This document shows, in pieces, positions 10,123 through 19,900 of a stretch of DNA of 64,000 nt; positions within the stretch are counted from its first letter, which is position 1; every line of letters starts with the position of its first letter. Where the stretch lies: positions 2,880,001 to 2,944,000 of the forward strand of contig CAWKDB010000010.1 of the NCBI GenBank assembly GCA_963848295.1, written 5' to 3'. The notes below the pieces were generated by a model. That model did not search any database and was not told where the DNA came from. It worked only from the letters and a program-made list of their open reading frames with translations. Source of the DNA: an uncultured delta proteobacterium (GTDB lineage: Bacteria; Myxococcota_A; Polyangia; Haliangiales; Haliangiaceae). Both the position numbers and the translations under genes were made by a program.

Positions 10123-11118
10123 ATGGCGAAAGCGAAGACCTCGGCGCCGAAGAAGGCGACGACACCGCGCAAGAAGAAGGTCAAGGCCGAGCCGGGCTCG
10201 GTCGGGTTGACTGCCGCAGAGCTGACGACCGCCTCGCCGAGCGCCGAGATCGGCAAGCTGCGCGGGTTGCTCGAAGCCGCCGGCGGCAACGTGCTCGCGG
10301 TGTATCGCGAGCCGCTCGGTGGCCACTGGGTCGCGCTCGCGGCGCTGCCGATCGATAGAGTCCAGCCGACGCCCTACCAGCGCGAGCTGTCGAAGGCGCA
10401 CGCCGATCGGCTCGCGAGCGTCATTCCGAAGGTCGGGCGGTTCCTCGATCCGGTGATCGCGGTCCCCGACGGCGCCGGAGGGTTCATCACGCCGAACGGC
10501 ATGCACCGGCTCACCGCGATGACCCAGCTCGGCGCGAAGACGATCGTCGCCCTCGTCATGCCGGAGCCCGAGATCGCGTTTCGCATCCTCGCGCTGAACA
10601 CCGAGAAGGCGCACAACCTCAAGGACAAGGCGCTCGAGGTGATCCGCATGGCGCGGGCGATCGCCGAGGCCGGCGGCCGGAGCGAAGCCGACGTCGCGTT
10701 CGAGCTCGAGCAGCCATCGCTCGTCACGATCGGCGTGTGCTACGAGAAGAACCCGCGCTTCTCGGGCGGTGCTTACAACTCGGTCGTCACGAAGTGCGAG
10801 GCGTTCTCGACCGAGCCCATGGCGAAGAGCTTGAAGTTGCGCGAGGCGCACGCCGACAAGCTGCTCGAGCTCGATGAAGCCGTCGCCGTCGCAGTGGGCA
10901 AGCTCAAAGCCGCCGGCTGGACCAGCGGCTATCTCAAGCCGATCGTGGTCGCGCGCGTCAATCCGTTGCGGTTCGCGAAGCTCGGGCCCGACGAGCGCGC
11001 CGACTTCGACAAGACGCTCGACAAGATGATCGACGGCGCCAAGAAGTTCGATGCGTCGAAGGTCAAGGCGCAGGACGTCGCGATCGCGGCCGCGGTCGGC
11101 GGCGGCGAAGGAGAATAG
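10123..11118 (+). CDS. ParB/Srx N-terminal-domain protein (non-canonical ParB-like)
   Basis: LPIDRVQPTPYQRELS...GRFLDPVIAV...TPNGMHRL resembles ParB box I/II; Lys-rich N-terminal tail. Confidence 0.72.
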   Translation: MAKAKTSAPKKATTPRKKKVKAEPGSVGLTAAELTTASPSAEIGKLRGLLEAAGGNVLAVYREPLGGHWVALAALPIDRVQPTPYQRELSKAHADRLASVIPKVGRFLDPVIAVPDGAGGFITPNGMHRLTAMTQLGAKTIVALVMPEPEIAFRILALNTEKAHNLKDKALEVIRMARAIAEAGGRSEADVAFELEQPSLVTIGVCYEKNPRFSGGAYNSVVTKCEAFSTEPMAKSLKLREAHADKLLELDEAVAVAVGKLKAAGWTSGYLKPIVVARVNPLRFAKLGPDERADFDKTLDKMIDGAKKFDASKVKAQDVAIAAAVGGGEGE

Positions 11119-11120
11119 CG

Positions 11121-11612
11121 TTAGAAGAAGTAGTAGTGGATACCGGCGCCGCCCTCGAGCTGGCCGTCGATGCTCGTGCCGTCGGCGTCTTCGAGACCAA
11201 ACGAGAAGCCGCCGGTGAAGCTGAGGGCGACGTTCGCGGCGATGAACAGGCGGATCTGAAACGCCGGCTCGAGAAACACGCGGGTCGCACGCCGCATCAA
11301 CGTGTTGCCGTCGATGCCCGGCGACACGCTCGCGAGACCGAGGCCGGCGCCGAGCCCGAAGTCGGACATCGCGGTCGAGTGGACGTGATAGAAGAACCGG
11401 CCGCCGAATTCGATCTCGTCACCGGGGCCGGCCGGGTCGTTGATCCCGAAAAAGCCGCCGACGTGAAACCGCCCCGCGTCGTAGTTGGCAGACAGGCCGG
11501 CGAGCCCACTGAGCTCGGCTTCGACGCCGACGCCGACCGTGCCCGCTTGGCCGCCTGCGCGCGCCGTGGCTGCCGCTGCGAGTAACAATGTCGCGATCGC
11601 GATGGTCTTCAT
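11121..11612 (-). CDS. Small outer-membrane beta-barrel protein
   Basis: Signal peptide MKTIAIATLLLAAAATARA; alternating beta-strand pattern; aromatic C-terminus IHYYFF. Confidence 0.7.
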   Translation of the reverse strand: MKTIAIATLLLAAAATARAGGQAGTVGVGVEAELSGLAGLSANYDAGRFHVGGFFGINDPAGPGDEIEFGGRFFYHVHSTAMSDFGLGAGLGLASVSPGIDGNTLMRRATRVFLEPAFQIRLFIAANVALSFTGGFSFGLEDADGTSIDGQLEGGAGIHYYFF

Positions 11613-11666
11613 GACGGCGATGCTCGCGCTCCCACCGATTCGGCGCAACTGCGGTAAGGTCGCGAC

Positions 11667-12689
11667 GTGATCGCTCCGGAGCTCGAGCTCTCGGATCTCG
11701 ACGCTCGACACTGGCGCAACTGGTGGCGGCTGCTCGTGCCACCGCGCGTGCTCGACGATCGCCGCTGGGCACTCGTCGTGATCGACGGCGATACCGCGCA
11801 CATCGTGAAGCTCGTGATCGCCGGCCCCGACGGGCGCGGAGCGGGTGGATCGATCGCGCCGCCGCTGCCGCTGACCGGCACGTCCGAGCGCGAGCTGACG
11901 GCCTTTGCGACGAAGCTCGGGGTCGGAGCGGTCGTCGTCATCGATCGCCGGCTGATCGGCGAGCTGTCGGCCGAGATCGAAGCGGCGCTGCGGCCGGATC
12001 AAGACGGCGCCGCGCAAGCGTTGATCGCCTGGCGGTCGGTCAAGCAGCGCGCCGGCAAAGGGCTATGGACGTCGCCGGCGTTGCTCGAGCTCCTGCCCGC
12101 TCCGTCGCACGAGGCGATCCAGCGAACGTTCGATCTGCTCGTGCCGGATCATACGGCGCTCGTCGCTTACGTGATCGAAGACGATCGCCAGCGGGTTCAC
12201 TCGTCGATCATCGCGGTCAAGGACGGCGGCGACATCGCGCGCGCCGCGACCCATCGGGCGATCGCGGATCTCGTGTCCGAGTCGACACTCGCTCGCGATT
12301 GGCAGAAGGGCTACAAGCGCGTGCTCGAGGCGGTCGAGGAGCGGTTCGCCAAGCCGAGCATCGCGCTGTTCATCGAGCGCGCGACCTTGCTGCGCATCGT
12401 CACCGGTCCGAGCGACCAGCTCGCGCGCGAGCTGAACGCAAAGAGGGTCGTGATCGATCCGGCGCCGGCGTGGTTGCTCGGGCTGCTCGGAGGCGCCGCG
12501 GTGGCGGCGATGGCAGGTCGCGCCGCGAGTGCGCTCGCTAGCATGCTGCCGCAGGCGACGCGTGATCGAGCGTCGGCACTCGCCCACCGCGCGGGTGCGG
12601 CGATGAAAGAATCGGGCGCGCATCCGTTCGCGCTACTCGGCTTCGATCCGCTCGAGTTGTGGGCGCGCCTGAAGCACTACTACCGTTGA
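11667..12689 (+). CDS. Hypothetical protein
   Basis: 340-aa ORF with typical codon usage filling the gap between neighbours; no recognised motif. Confidence 0.65.
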   Translation: MIAPELELSDLDARHWRNWWRLLVPPRVLDDRRWALVVIDGDTAHIVKLVIAGPDGRGAGGSIAPPLPLTGTSERELTAFATKLGVGAVVVIDRRLIGELSAEIEAALRPDQDGAAQALIAWRSVKQRAGKGLWTSPALLELLPAPSHEAIQRTFDLLVPDHTALVAYVIEDDRQRVHSSIIAVKDGGDIARAATHRAIADLVSESTLARDWQKGYKRVLEAVEERFAKPSIALFIERATLLRIVTGPSDQLARELNAKRVVIDPAPAWLLGLLGGAAVAAMAGRAASALASMLPQATRDRASALAHRAGAAMKESGAHPFALLGFDPLELWARLKHYYR

Positions 12690-13303
12690 GTCTCGGCGAG
12701 CGAGCCGTTGTCCTCGACGTAGAAGTCGCCGCACCGCGCGCACTCGACGGTCGGGGCTTGCCCCCGGCCGTCAACAGCGCCGAATGGCGATGCGGTTCGA
12801 TCGACCGATGCGGGCAGCGTCTCGCCGCACTTGCACGCCCAGCCGATGCGCGTGGCCGGCGCACCGACGACGAGCGCGTGCGGCCCGACATCGCGGGTGA
12901 CCACCGCTCCCGCCCCGATCATCGCGTACTCGCCGATCGTGACGCCGCAGACGATCGTGGCGTTCGCGCCGACCGTCGCGCCGCGACACACGAGCGTCCG
13001 CGCGTACTCGGTCTTGCGCGGGACGTGGGCGCGCGGATGCTTGACGTTCGTGAACACGCACGACGGGCCGAGGAACACGTCGTCCTCGAGCGTCACGCCG
13101 TCGTAGATCGAGACGTGGTTCTGGATCCGGCAGCCGTGCCCGATCCGGACCACGCCGACGAAGCACCCTTGGCCGATCGAGCAGCGGTCGCCGATCCAGG
13201 CGCCTTGCATGACGTGAACGAACTGCCAGATCCGCGTGTCCTTGCCGACGTGCGTGCCCGGGCCGTCGACGATCGCCGAAGCGTGAATCTGTGCGTCTGC
13301 CAC
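12680..13303 (-). CDS. Hexapeptide-repeat N-acetyltransferase (WbpD/WlbB-like sugar acetyltransferase)
   Basis: IQNHVSIYDGVTLEDDVFLGPSCVFTNVKHPRA, GANATIVCGVTIGEYAMIGAGAVVT, GWACKCG. Confidence 0.88.
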   Translation of the reverse strand: MADAQIHASAIVDGPGTHVGKDTRIWQFVHVMQGAWIGDRCSIGQGCFVGVVRIGHGCRIQNHVSIYDGVTLEDDVFLGPSCVFTNVKHPRAHVPRKTEYARTLVCRGATVGANATIVCGVTIGEYAMIGAGAVVTRDVGPHALVVGAPATRIGWACKCGETLPASVDRTASPFGAVDGRGQAPTVECARCGDFYVEDNGSLAETQR

Positions 13304-13326
13304 TTTGCGCTAGGATGCGCTAGCCC

Positions 13327-14175
13327 GTGCCGAAACGTCCACCCCGTGTTGCACGCGAGCTGCCTCGGCCGCGCGATCTGCCCGGCAATGGCCCGACGCT
13401 CGCGTATCGCGGTCGTGGCGGCGAGCTGTGGCACGGCGATGCGCTCGAGCTGCTCGGGCGCATGAAAGATCGTTCCGTCGATCTCGTCGTCGCCGATCCG
13501 CCCTATGCGATCGCGAAGGAGGCGTGGGACGAGTTCGCGTCGCTCGAGGCCTACGTCGCGTGGTGCGACCTGTGGCTCGCTGAAGTCGCGCGCGTGCTCG
13601 CTCCGCACGGCTCGGCGTACGTCTGCGGGTTCTCCGAGATCCTCGCCGACGTCAAAGTGCGGAGCGCGAGTCGGTTCGCCGGCTGCCGCTGGCTCGTCTG
13701 GTACTACAAGAACAAGGCGAACCTCGGGCGCGACTGGGGCCGGTCGCACGAGTCGATCTTGCACCTGCGCGGGCCGGACGCGCGGCTCGACGTCGACGCC
13801 GTGCGCGTGCCGTACAACGGCCACACCACGAAGTATCCGGCGCGCGTCCAGGCCGTGTCGTCGCAATACGGCGGCGCGCAAGCCAAGCGCGACACGTGGC
13901 AGCCGAACCCGCTCGGTGCGAAACCGCGTGACGTCATCGAGATCCCGGTGATCTGCAACGGCATGGCGGAGAAGACACCGCACGCGACCCAGAAGCCCGA
14001 GGCGCTGATCGAGCGACTGGTCCTGGCGTCGAGCGGCGAAGGTCAGCTCGTCGTCGATCCGTTCGCGGGATCGGGCACGACCGCGGTCGTCGCGGCCCGG
14101 CTCGACCGGCGGTGGTTCACGTGCGACGCCGATGCGCGCTATGTCGGGCTCGCGCGCGACCGCTTGCGCGCGTGA
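13327..14175 (+). CDS. Site-specific DNA methyltransferase (N6-adenine/N4-cytosine, beta class)
   Basis: DLVVADPPY catalytic motif precedes HATQKPEAL and VVDPFAGSGTT SAM-binding motif. Confidence 0.9.
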   Translation: MPKRPPRVARELPRPRDLPGNGPTLAYRGRGGELWHGDALELLGRMKDRSVDLVVADPPYAIAKEAWDEFASLEAYVAWCDLWLAEVARVLAPHGSAYVCGFSEILADVKVRSASRFAGCRWLVWYYKNKANLGRDWGRSHESILHLRGPDARLDVDAVRVPYNGHTTKYPARVQAVSSQYGGAQAKRDTWQPNPLGAKPRDVIEIPVICNGMAEKTPHATQKPEALIERLVLASSGEGQLVVDPFAGSGTTAVVAARLDRRWFTCDADARYVGLARDRLRA

Positions 14176-16518
14176 CTAGAACTGCGGCTTGAGGCCCATC
14201 TCTTTGATCAGATTCTGGGCGCCGTCGACCGCATCCATCACCCACAGCATGTAGCGCGCGTCGACCGAGATCGTCCGCGTGGTCGCGCCGTTGAACACGA
14301 CGTCGGACGCGAGGCCCTCTTCGTTGCCGTCGAACGCGAGCCCGACGAGCTCGCCCTTGTTGTTGAGCGTCGGCGAGCCCGAGTTGCCACCGGTGATGTC
14401 GAGATCCGATTCGAAGTCGACGGGCAATTGGCCGCCGAGCGTGCGGGCGCCATAGGTGCCCCACTTCTTCGCCTTGATCGCGGCGAGCAGCTTCGCCGGC
14501 GAGTTGAACGGCTCCTTGCCGGTGTCGAGCTTGAGGATCTGCGACGCCGTCGTGAACGGCCAGTTCGCTTCGTCGTGGAGCTCGGGGTGGAGCGACTTGA
14601 TCGTGCCGTACGTGATCCGCAACGTCGCGTTCGCGTCGGGCGCCAGCGCCCCACCGAGCACCGCCTTGACCGCTTCGACGTAGAGCGGAGCGACGAGCGC
14701 GAGCTCGCCTGCGCGCGCATCGCTCTTTTTCTCTTCAGCCTTGGCGATCGGCCATACGCGGAGCGCCGCCTGCACGAACGGATCCTTCTGCGCCGCAACC
14801 CGCCGCGAGTTGCCCTTCTGGAGCAGCTCGAGTCGCGTCGTTTCGTTCTCGATCGCGGCCGAGCTGCCGTCCTTGGCGACCGGCGCATCCTCCGCCTTGT
14901 ACCAAGCGTCGATCGTCTTATCGATCAACGCCTCGTCGATCTTCGTGGTCTTCTTGACGCCGAGCAGCGTCGCGAGCCACGGCCGCTCCGCTTCGGGCAG
15001 GAGCGTCGCGCGCACGAGCGCCAGGCGAAAGTCCGCATGATCGAGCGTGCGATCGTAGGTCTTCAGTAGCTGCTTCTGGCCGCCGACCGCGCGCTCGAGG
15101 TCGCGGTCCTGGAAACCGGGCTTGCGCGCCGCATCCGGCTTCGCGCGCTCTTCGTTCCACCGGATCAGCGACAGCGACGTGCTGAGCAGTCGCGAGCCAA
15201 AAAACGCCTGGCTGCGATCGAAATCGACGCGCGCGGTGCGATGCGCTTCGGCTTCGATCGACTCGAGCTTGTCGATCGCCTGTGCGTACTTCTCGTTGCC
15301 CGGCTTGGCCGCCCACTCCTTGGCCTTCTTGTCGAGTGCGTCCTTCTGCGCGAGCAACTCGGGGTCCTTCTTGAGGCCCTCCTCAGTTCCGCGGAACTTC
15401 TCGAGACTGTTCTGCGCGAACTGCTTCGCGACGCCGGCCTTGATCGCGGTCTCGCCTCCGTCCTTGAGGTGCTCCTCGTCGAGCTTGTAGCGCTGCTCGA
15501 GATACTCGATCAGGTACGGATAGAACCACTCGACATCGTTGTGGACGCTCGCCGCGGTCTCGAGCCGATCGGTCCGACCGGGATAGCCGGTGATCATCAC
15601 GAAGTCGCTGGCCTTGACGCCAGCGGACGACACCTTGAGGAAGTGCTTCGGTTGGTACGGCACGTTGTCGGGCGAGAACGTCGCGGGCTTGCCGTCCTTG
15701 CCGACGTACGCGCGGAAGTACGACCAGTCGCCGGTGTGGCGCGGCCAGTGCCAGTTGTCGACCTCGCCGCCGTAATCACCGATCGCGCGATCCGGAACGT
15801 AGACGAGCCGGACGTCCTTGATGTCGAGCATCTCGATCAAGTAGTAGAGGCCGCCGCGGAAAAATCCCGAGACCTGACAGCGAATCTCCGGGCGATCTTT
15901 CTCGCAAGTTGCGACCAGCTGCTTCGTTCGCTTCTCGATCTCGTCGTGACGCGCGACCGGATCCTTGATCGCGTCGAGGCCATCGCGGATGTCTTTCGTG
16001 ACATCGCGAAACGCTTGCGCGACCTCCACGTGCTGGTTCGGACCCGCGCTCTTCTCGTCGGCCTTCGTCTTCGCGAGGAAGCCGTGCTCGACGAGGTTGT
16101 TGTCGGGCGTCGAGTTGAGCTGGAGCGCGCCCTGCGCGCAGTGATGGTTCGTGACGATCAACCCCTCGGGCGACACGAACGACGCGGTGCAGCCACCGAG
16201 CCACACGACCGCGGCGAGCGGATCGGCGAGCGGGTCCGACAGCGTCTTCGCGTCGAGCTTCACGCCCATCTTGTCGAAGTTGTCGACGTGCTGCGGCAGC
16301 GTCATCTGCGACGGCATCCACATGCCGCCCGGATCCTGGTACTGCTCCCGAAACCCGCGCGATGGGTCGGCCGCCGCGGTCAGCCCGGTCCTCGAATTCG
16401 TTTCGTTGGGGTTCGTGGTGTGCGACGATCCGAGCTCGTCGGCGGTCGTCACCGGCTTCTTGGTGCCGCCGCCGCATGCAGCGACGAGCGCGAGCGCGAG
16501 CGTTATCTTGCGATTCAT
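14176..16518 (-). CDS. S46-family dipeptidyl peptidase (DPP7/DPP11-like), lipoprotein
   Basis: Lipobox LVAAC; GMWMP, GCTASFVSPEGLIVTNHHC, NWHWPRHTGD, DITGGNSGSP...LVGLAFDGN. Confidence 0.93.
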   Translation of the reverse strand: MNRKITLALALVAACGGGTKKPVTTADELGSSHTTNPNETNSRTGLTAAADPSRGFREQYQDPGGMWMPSQMTLPQHVDNFDKMGVKLDAKTLSDPLADPLAAVVWLGGCTASFVSPEGLIVTNHHCAQGALQLNSTPDNNLVEHGFLAKTKADEKSAGPNQHVEVAQAFRDVTKDIRDGLDAIKDPVARHDEIEKRTKQLVATCEKDRPEIRCQVSGFFRGGLYYLIEMLDIKDVRLVYVPDRAIGDYGGEVDNWHWPRHTGDWSYFRAYVGKDGKPATFSPDNVPYQPKHFLKVSSAGVKASDFVMITGYPGRTDRLETAASVHNDVEWFYPYLIEYLEQRYKLDEEHLKDGGETAIKAGVAKQFAQNSLEKFRGTEEGLKKDPELLAQKDALDKKAKEWAAKPGNEKYAQAIDKLESIEAEAHRTARVDFDRSQAFFGSRLLSTSLSLIRWNEERAKPDAARKPGFQDRDLERAVGGQKQLLKTYDRTLDHADFRLALVRATLLPEAERPWLATLLGVKKTTKIDEALIDKTIDAWYKAEDAPVAKDGSSAAIENETTRLELLQKGNSRRVAAQKDPFVQAALRVWPIAKAEEKKSDARAGELALVAPLYVEAVKAVLGGALAPDANATLRITYGTIKSLHPELHDEANWPFTTASQILKLDTGKEPFNSPAKLLAAIKAKKWGTYGARTLGGQLPVDFESDLDITGGNSGSPTLNNKGELVGLAFDGNEEGLASDVVFNGATTRTISVDARYMLWVMDAVDGAQNLIKEMGLKPQF

Positions 16519-16547
16519 GCATTCGACATAGCAGAGATTTTCAAGCG

Positions 16548-16966
16548 GTGGCTAGGCCAACGCGCCGCGACAGGCTGCGACAGGGTGGGGCTCGAGGCGC
16601 AAGCTATGTCTCGCGTTCCCCGACGTCGTCGAACGGCCGAGCCACGGCATGGCGACGTGGTTCGTGCGCGGCAAGAAGTCGTTCGCGACGTTCTCGAATG
16701 ATCACCATGGCGATGGCAGCCTCGCGTTCGTGTGCGCTGCGCCGGACGGGATGCAGGCCGCGCTCGTCGAGCACAACCCCGCCGCGTACTACTTGCCACC
16801 GTACGTCGCGCGGCTCGGCTGGGTCGGCGTACGGTTGGATCGCGACCTCGCCTCGGCCGAGATCGCGAGCGTCATTGCAAACGCGTACGCGACAGTCGCC
16901 GCCAAGACGCCGGCTAGCGGGCGCGCGAAGATCAGGCGTCGTGGTTCAGCTCGCGGGCCTGCTTGA
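16548..16966 (+). CDS. MmcQ/YjbR-family protein; probable frameshift near 16590
   Basis: RKLCLAFPDVVERPSHGMATWFVRGKK...YYLPPYVARLGWVGVRLD in frame with 16649; no in-frame start upstream of 16649; GTG at 16548 lies in another frame. Confidence 0.7.
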
Positions 16967-19900
16967 ACAGCTGCTCGGCGCGGTGGAACGCCTCGATCGC
17001 TTGCTGCGCATTGTTCTCGACCGCCGCGGCGACCGCGTACGGGCTGGCGGCCGAGACGTGGTAGCGATCCTCTTGGTACGTCGCGTCGGCCCACGCCTTC
17101 CACGCCGCTCCGGCCTTCTGCGCCGCCGCCGGTGCGATCGGCTCGTGGTCGCGGATCGCCTTGTTGTGCCATTGCGCCGCCGCGGCCGCTTTCTGCTTGG
17201 CGGCGGCGACCGGGCCGGCTTGCACCGCGACCTGCGCATCCTTGGCCTTTAGCTCGTTGGCGTGTTGCGCCTTCTGCGCGGCCACGCCCGTCGGGCGGCG
17301 CAGGTGCTCGTTGGCTTCACGTTCGCGATTGTCATCGATCTGCTCGTGGTCGTCACCGACCGGAGCGACGTCGTGGTCGTGTGACTGCTCCCACTTGGTC
17401 TCGTTGGGCTTGAGCTTGCTCCATATGTGCTCGTCTCCCGGATACCAGGTCGCGCCGAGGTCCGAGAGCTCCGCGTAATCGGGCTCCCACACATGATAGA
17501 GCCCGCGCAGCTGGTTCTCGAAGTCCGCCTTCGCCTTCGCATCGTGGCCATCGAGGTCGACGATGCCCTCGTAGGCCTTGTTCTCCTGCTCCTTGTATCG
17601 CGTGCACACGCCGAGCAGATCGTTGTAGCGCTTCTTGCCCTTGACGACCTCGTTGTCGTCGACGTAGTTGCCGAGCTCCTGCCTGCGCGAGGCGATGTGG
17701 TGGAGCATCTCGCCGTAGGCGGTGATATTGCCGGTCTCGGTGAACTTCGCCTGAGCGGTGGTGATCTGGTTGTAGAGCGAATCGAGCGCCTCGATCTTGG
17801 CTTGCGCCTCCTTCGTCGCCTCCTTCTTCTTGCCGGCGTCGCGGAGCTGCTTCGCCGTCACGCCCGGATCCTCGACGACGAGCGCCTTGTACAGCGGCTT
17901 GAGGTTCGCGAGACCCTCGGGGAAGTCGTACATCGAGCCGCCGCTGCCGTTTCCCAGCGGCACGCGGACGACCGCCTCGATCATCTGCATGCGGTCGTGA
18001 TCGTTCTTGCCGATGAACGTCGCGAGCGCCTGGGCGACCAGCTTCTTGTCACCGTGTGCCGCATTGATCGAGCGGCGTAGCGTCTTCCAGTCGTCGCCGT
18101 TGCGCGTGCTCGCGAAGTGGTGGTCCCAGCTCACCGCGTCGGTTGCGGCGCCGATGATCGTGTTGTAGTCGGCGTCCGACAGGAACATTCCGCTCTGATC
18201 GCTCGACTCCTCCGGCTTGAGGCCGTCTGCGCCGGTCGCCTTGCTCAGCAGGCTCTTCTGCCGGCTGCGATCGTCGTGGTCGAGCAGCGTCTTCTGGAGA
18301 TCGGTGTGCGCGTCGGTCTGCGCGAGATCGCCGCTCGCCTTGTTGTCCGCGCTCACGGCGGTTTCGACCGCCTGGGTCTGGCTCCCGCTGAGCTTCCACT
18401 TGTCCACGCCGATGCTGCCACCGCCCTGGCTCGACGCCGCATCGATCTCGGTCTGCTTTCCGTCCTTATCGGTGACGAGGCGCTGCGAGGTCCCCGCGCT
18501 GCCGCCGAGCTCGAGGTTGACCTTGAACACGCTCACCGCGACCTTGTCCGAGTCGGTCGAAGCCTTCGAGGTCTCGTGCTCTTCGAGCAACTTGGGATAC
18601 TTCGTCATCAACGCTTCGAGATCGGCCTGCGAACGCGCGCGCAGGATCTCGTCCTTGATCGCGACCTCGTCCGCGGTCAGGTGGAACGTCGCCCCGGTCC
18701 CGGTCGCGGTCTTGTGCGCGTGATCGAACGAGCCCTTTGCGAACCCGACGCTCGCCGAGCCGCCGGCGCCGAGCTCGGTGTCGCTGTCGACCGCGACGCG
18801 GACCAGCAGCTCGTCGTGGGCCTTCTCGAGGATGAACTTCAACGTGCCGTTGTGGGAGACGCCGCCGTGCCCACCGATCCCGAGTCCGGCCGCGTCCGCG
18901 TCGAGGTGGGCCTTGGCCTCGCCGCCGCCGGCGACGTCCAGCTCGATCTTGTCGCCGTCGGCCATCTTGCGAATGGCCTCGGGATTGTCGAGCGACGCGG
19001 CGCGCGCGGCGTTCGCGGCGGCGGCGCCACCACCGCGCCAGCCATCGCGCCACGCCGTCGAGATCTGCGCGAGCTCGGGATACTTGCCGTTGCCCGCGTT
19101 CTGCGCGTTCACGACGTGCAGTTGATCGAGGTACTCCTTGCACTCGTCGGAGCTCATCACGTGCTGGAAGCTGAGATCTGCTGAGCCCTTCACCGAGATA
19201 TCGCCGCCGCCGCCGAATGAACCATCGCGCCGCGAGCCGTCGGTCTCGTCATATTTCCGCGCCGCATCGGCCGAGCCGCCGAGGCTCGCGCCGAGATGCA
19301 CGGCGACGACGACGACGAACCTACCCTCGAGCGACTTGTCCTCGCCGGCGTACGGCTTGACGCTGATCACGACGTGGCCGTCGCCTGCCACGGACACCCC
19401 GGTCTTGACCGTATTCGAGATGCCCTTGGTCTTCTGGCTCAGATCGGGCTCGCGGTCCGGATTGGGCGTGGAGAACGGGTGGCCGTTATCCCAGGTGTGG
19501 ATGTTGTCGCGACCCGCAGCGCCACTGCCGCCGAGGCCGAACCCGTCGCGATCGGCCTGGAGGTGGCCCTCGACCGACGAGTTGTTCGTGTTGCCGGTCC
19601 GGAGCTCGCCGGTCTTCGGGTCGACGGTCCCGACTTGCGAGGTGTTCGAGACGCCACCGCCGACCTTGCCGTCGCCGCGCATGAGGTTCTCGGTGTGCGA
19701 GCTCGACATCTTGAAGTCGTCGACCTGCTGGACCTGCTCGTGCGTGCTGCTCGCCCCGCCCAACCCCGCGTTGAGCGTGCTCTTGTCCGCAGCCGTCGCC
19801 GTGACGGCGTTGCCCTTGCCGTCGTCGCTGGTCTCGACCTCGCTGTGGGCCTTGGTCCGCGTGAGCCCCTTGTGATCGAGCAGGTTCTGCGTGCTGTGGG

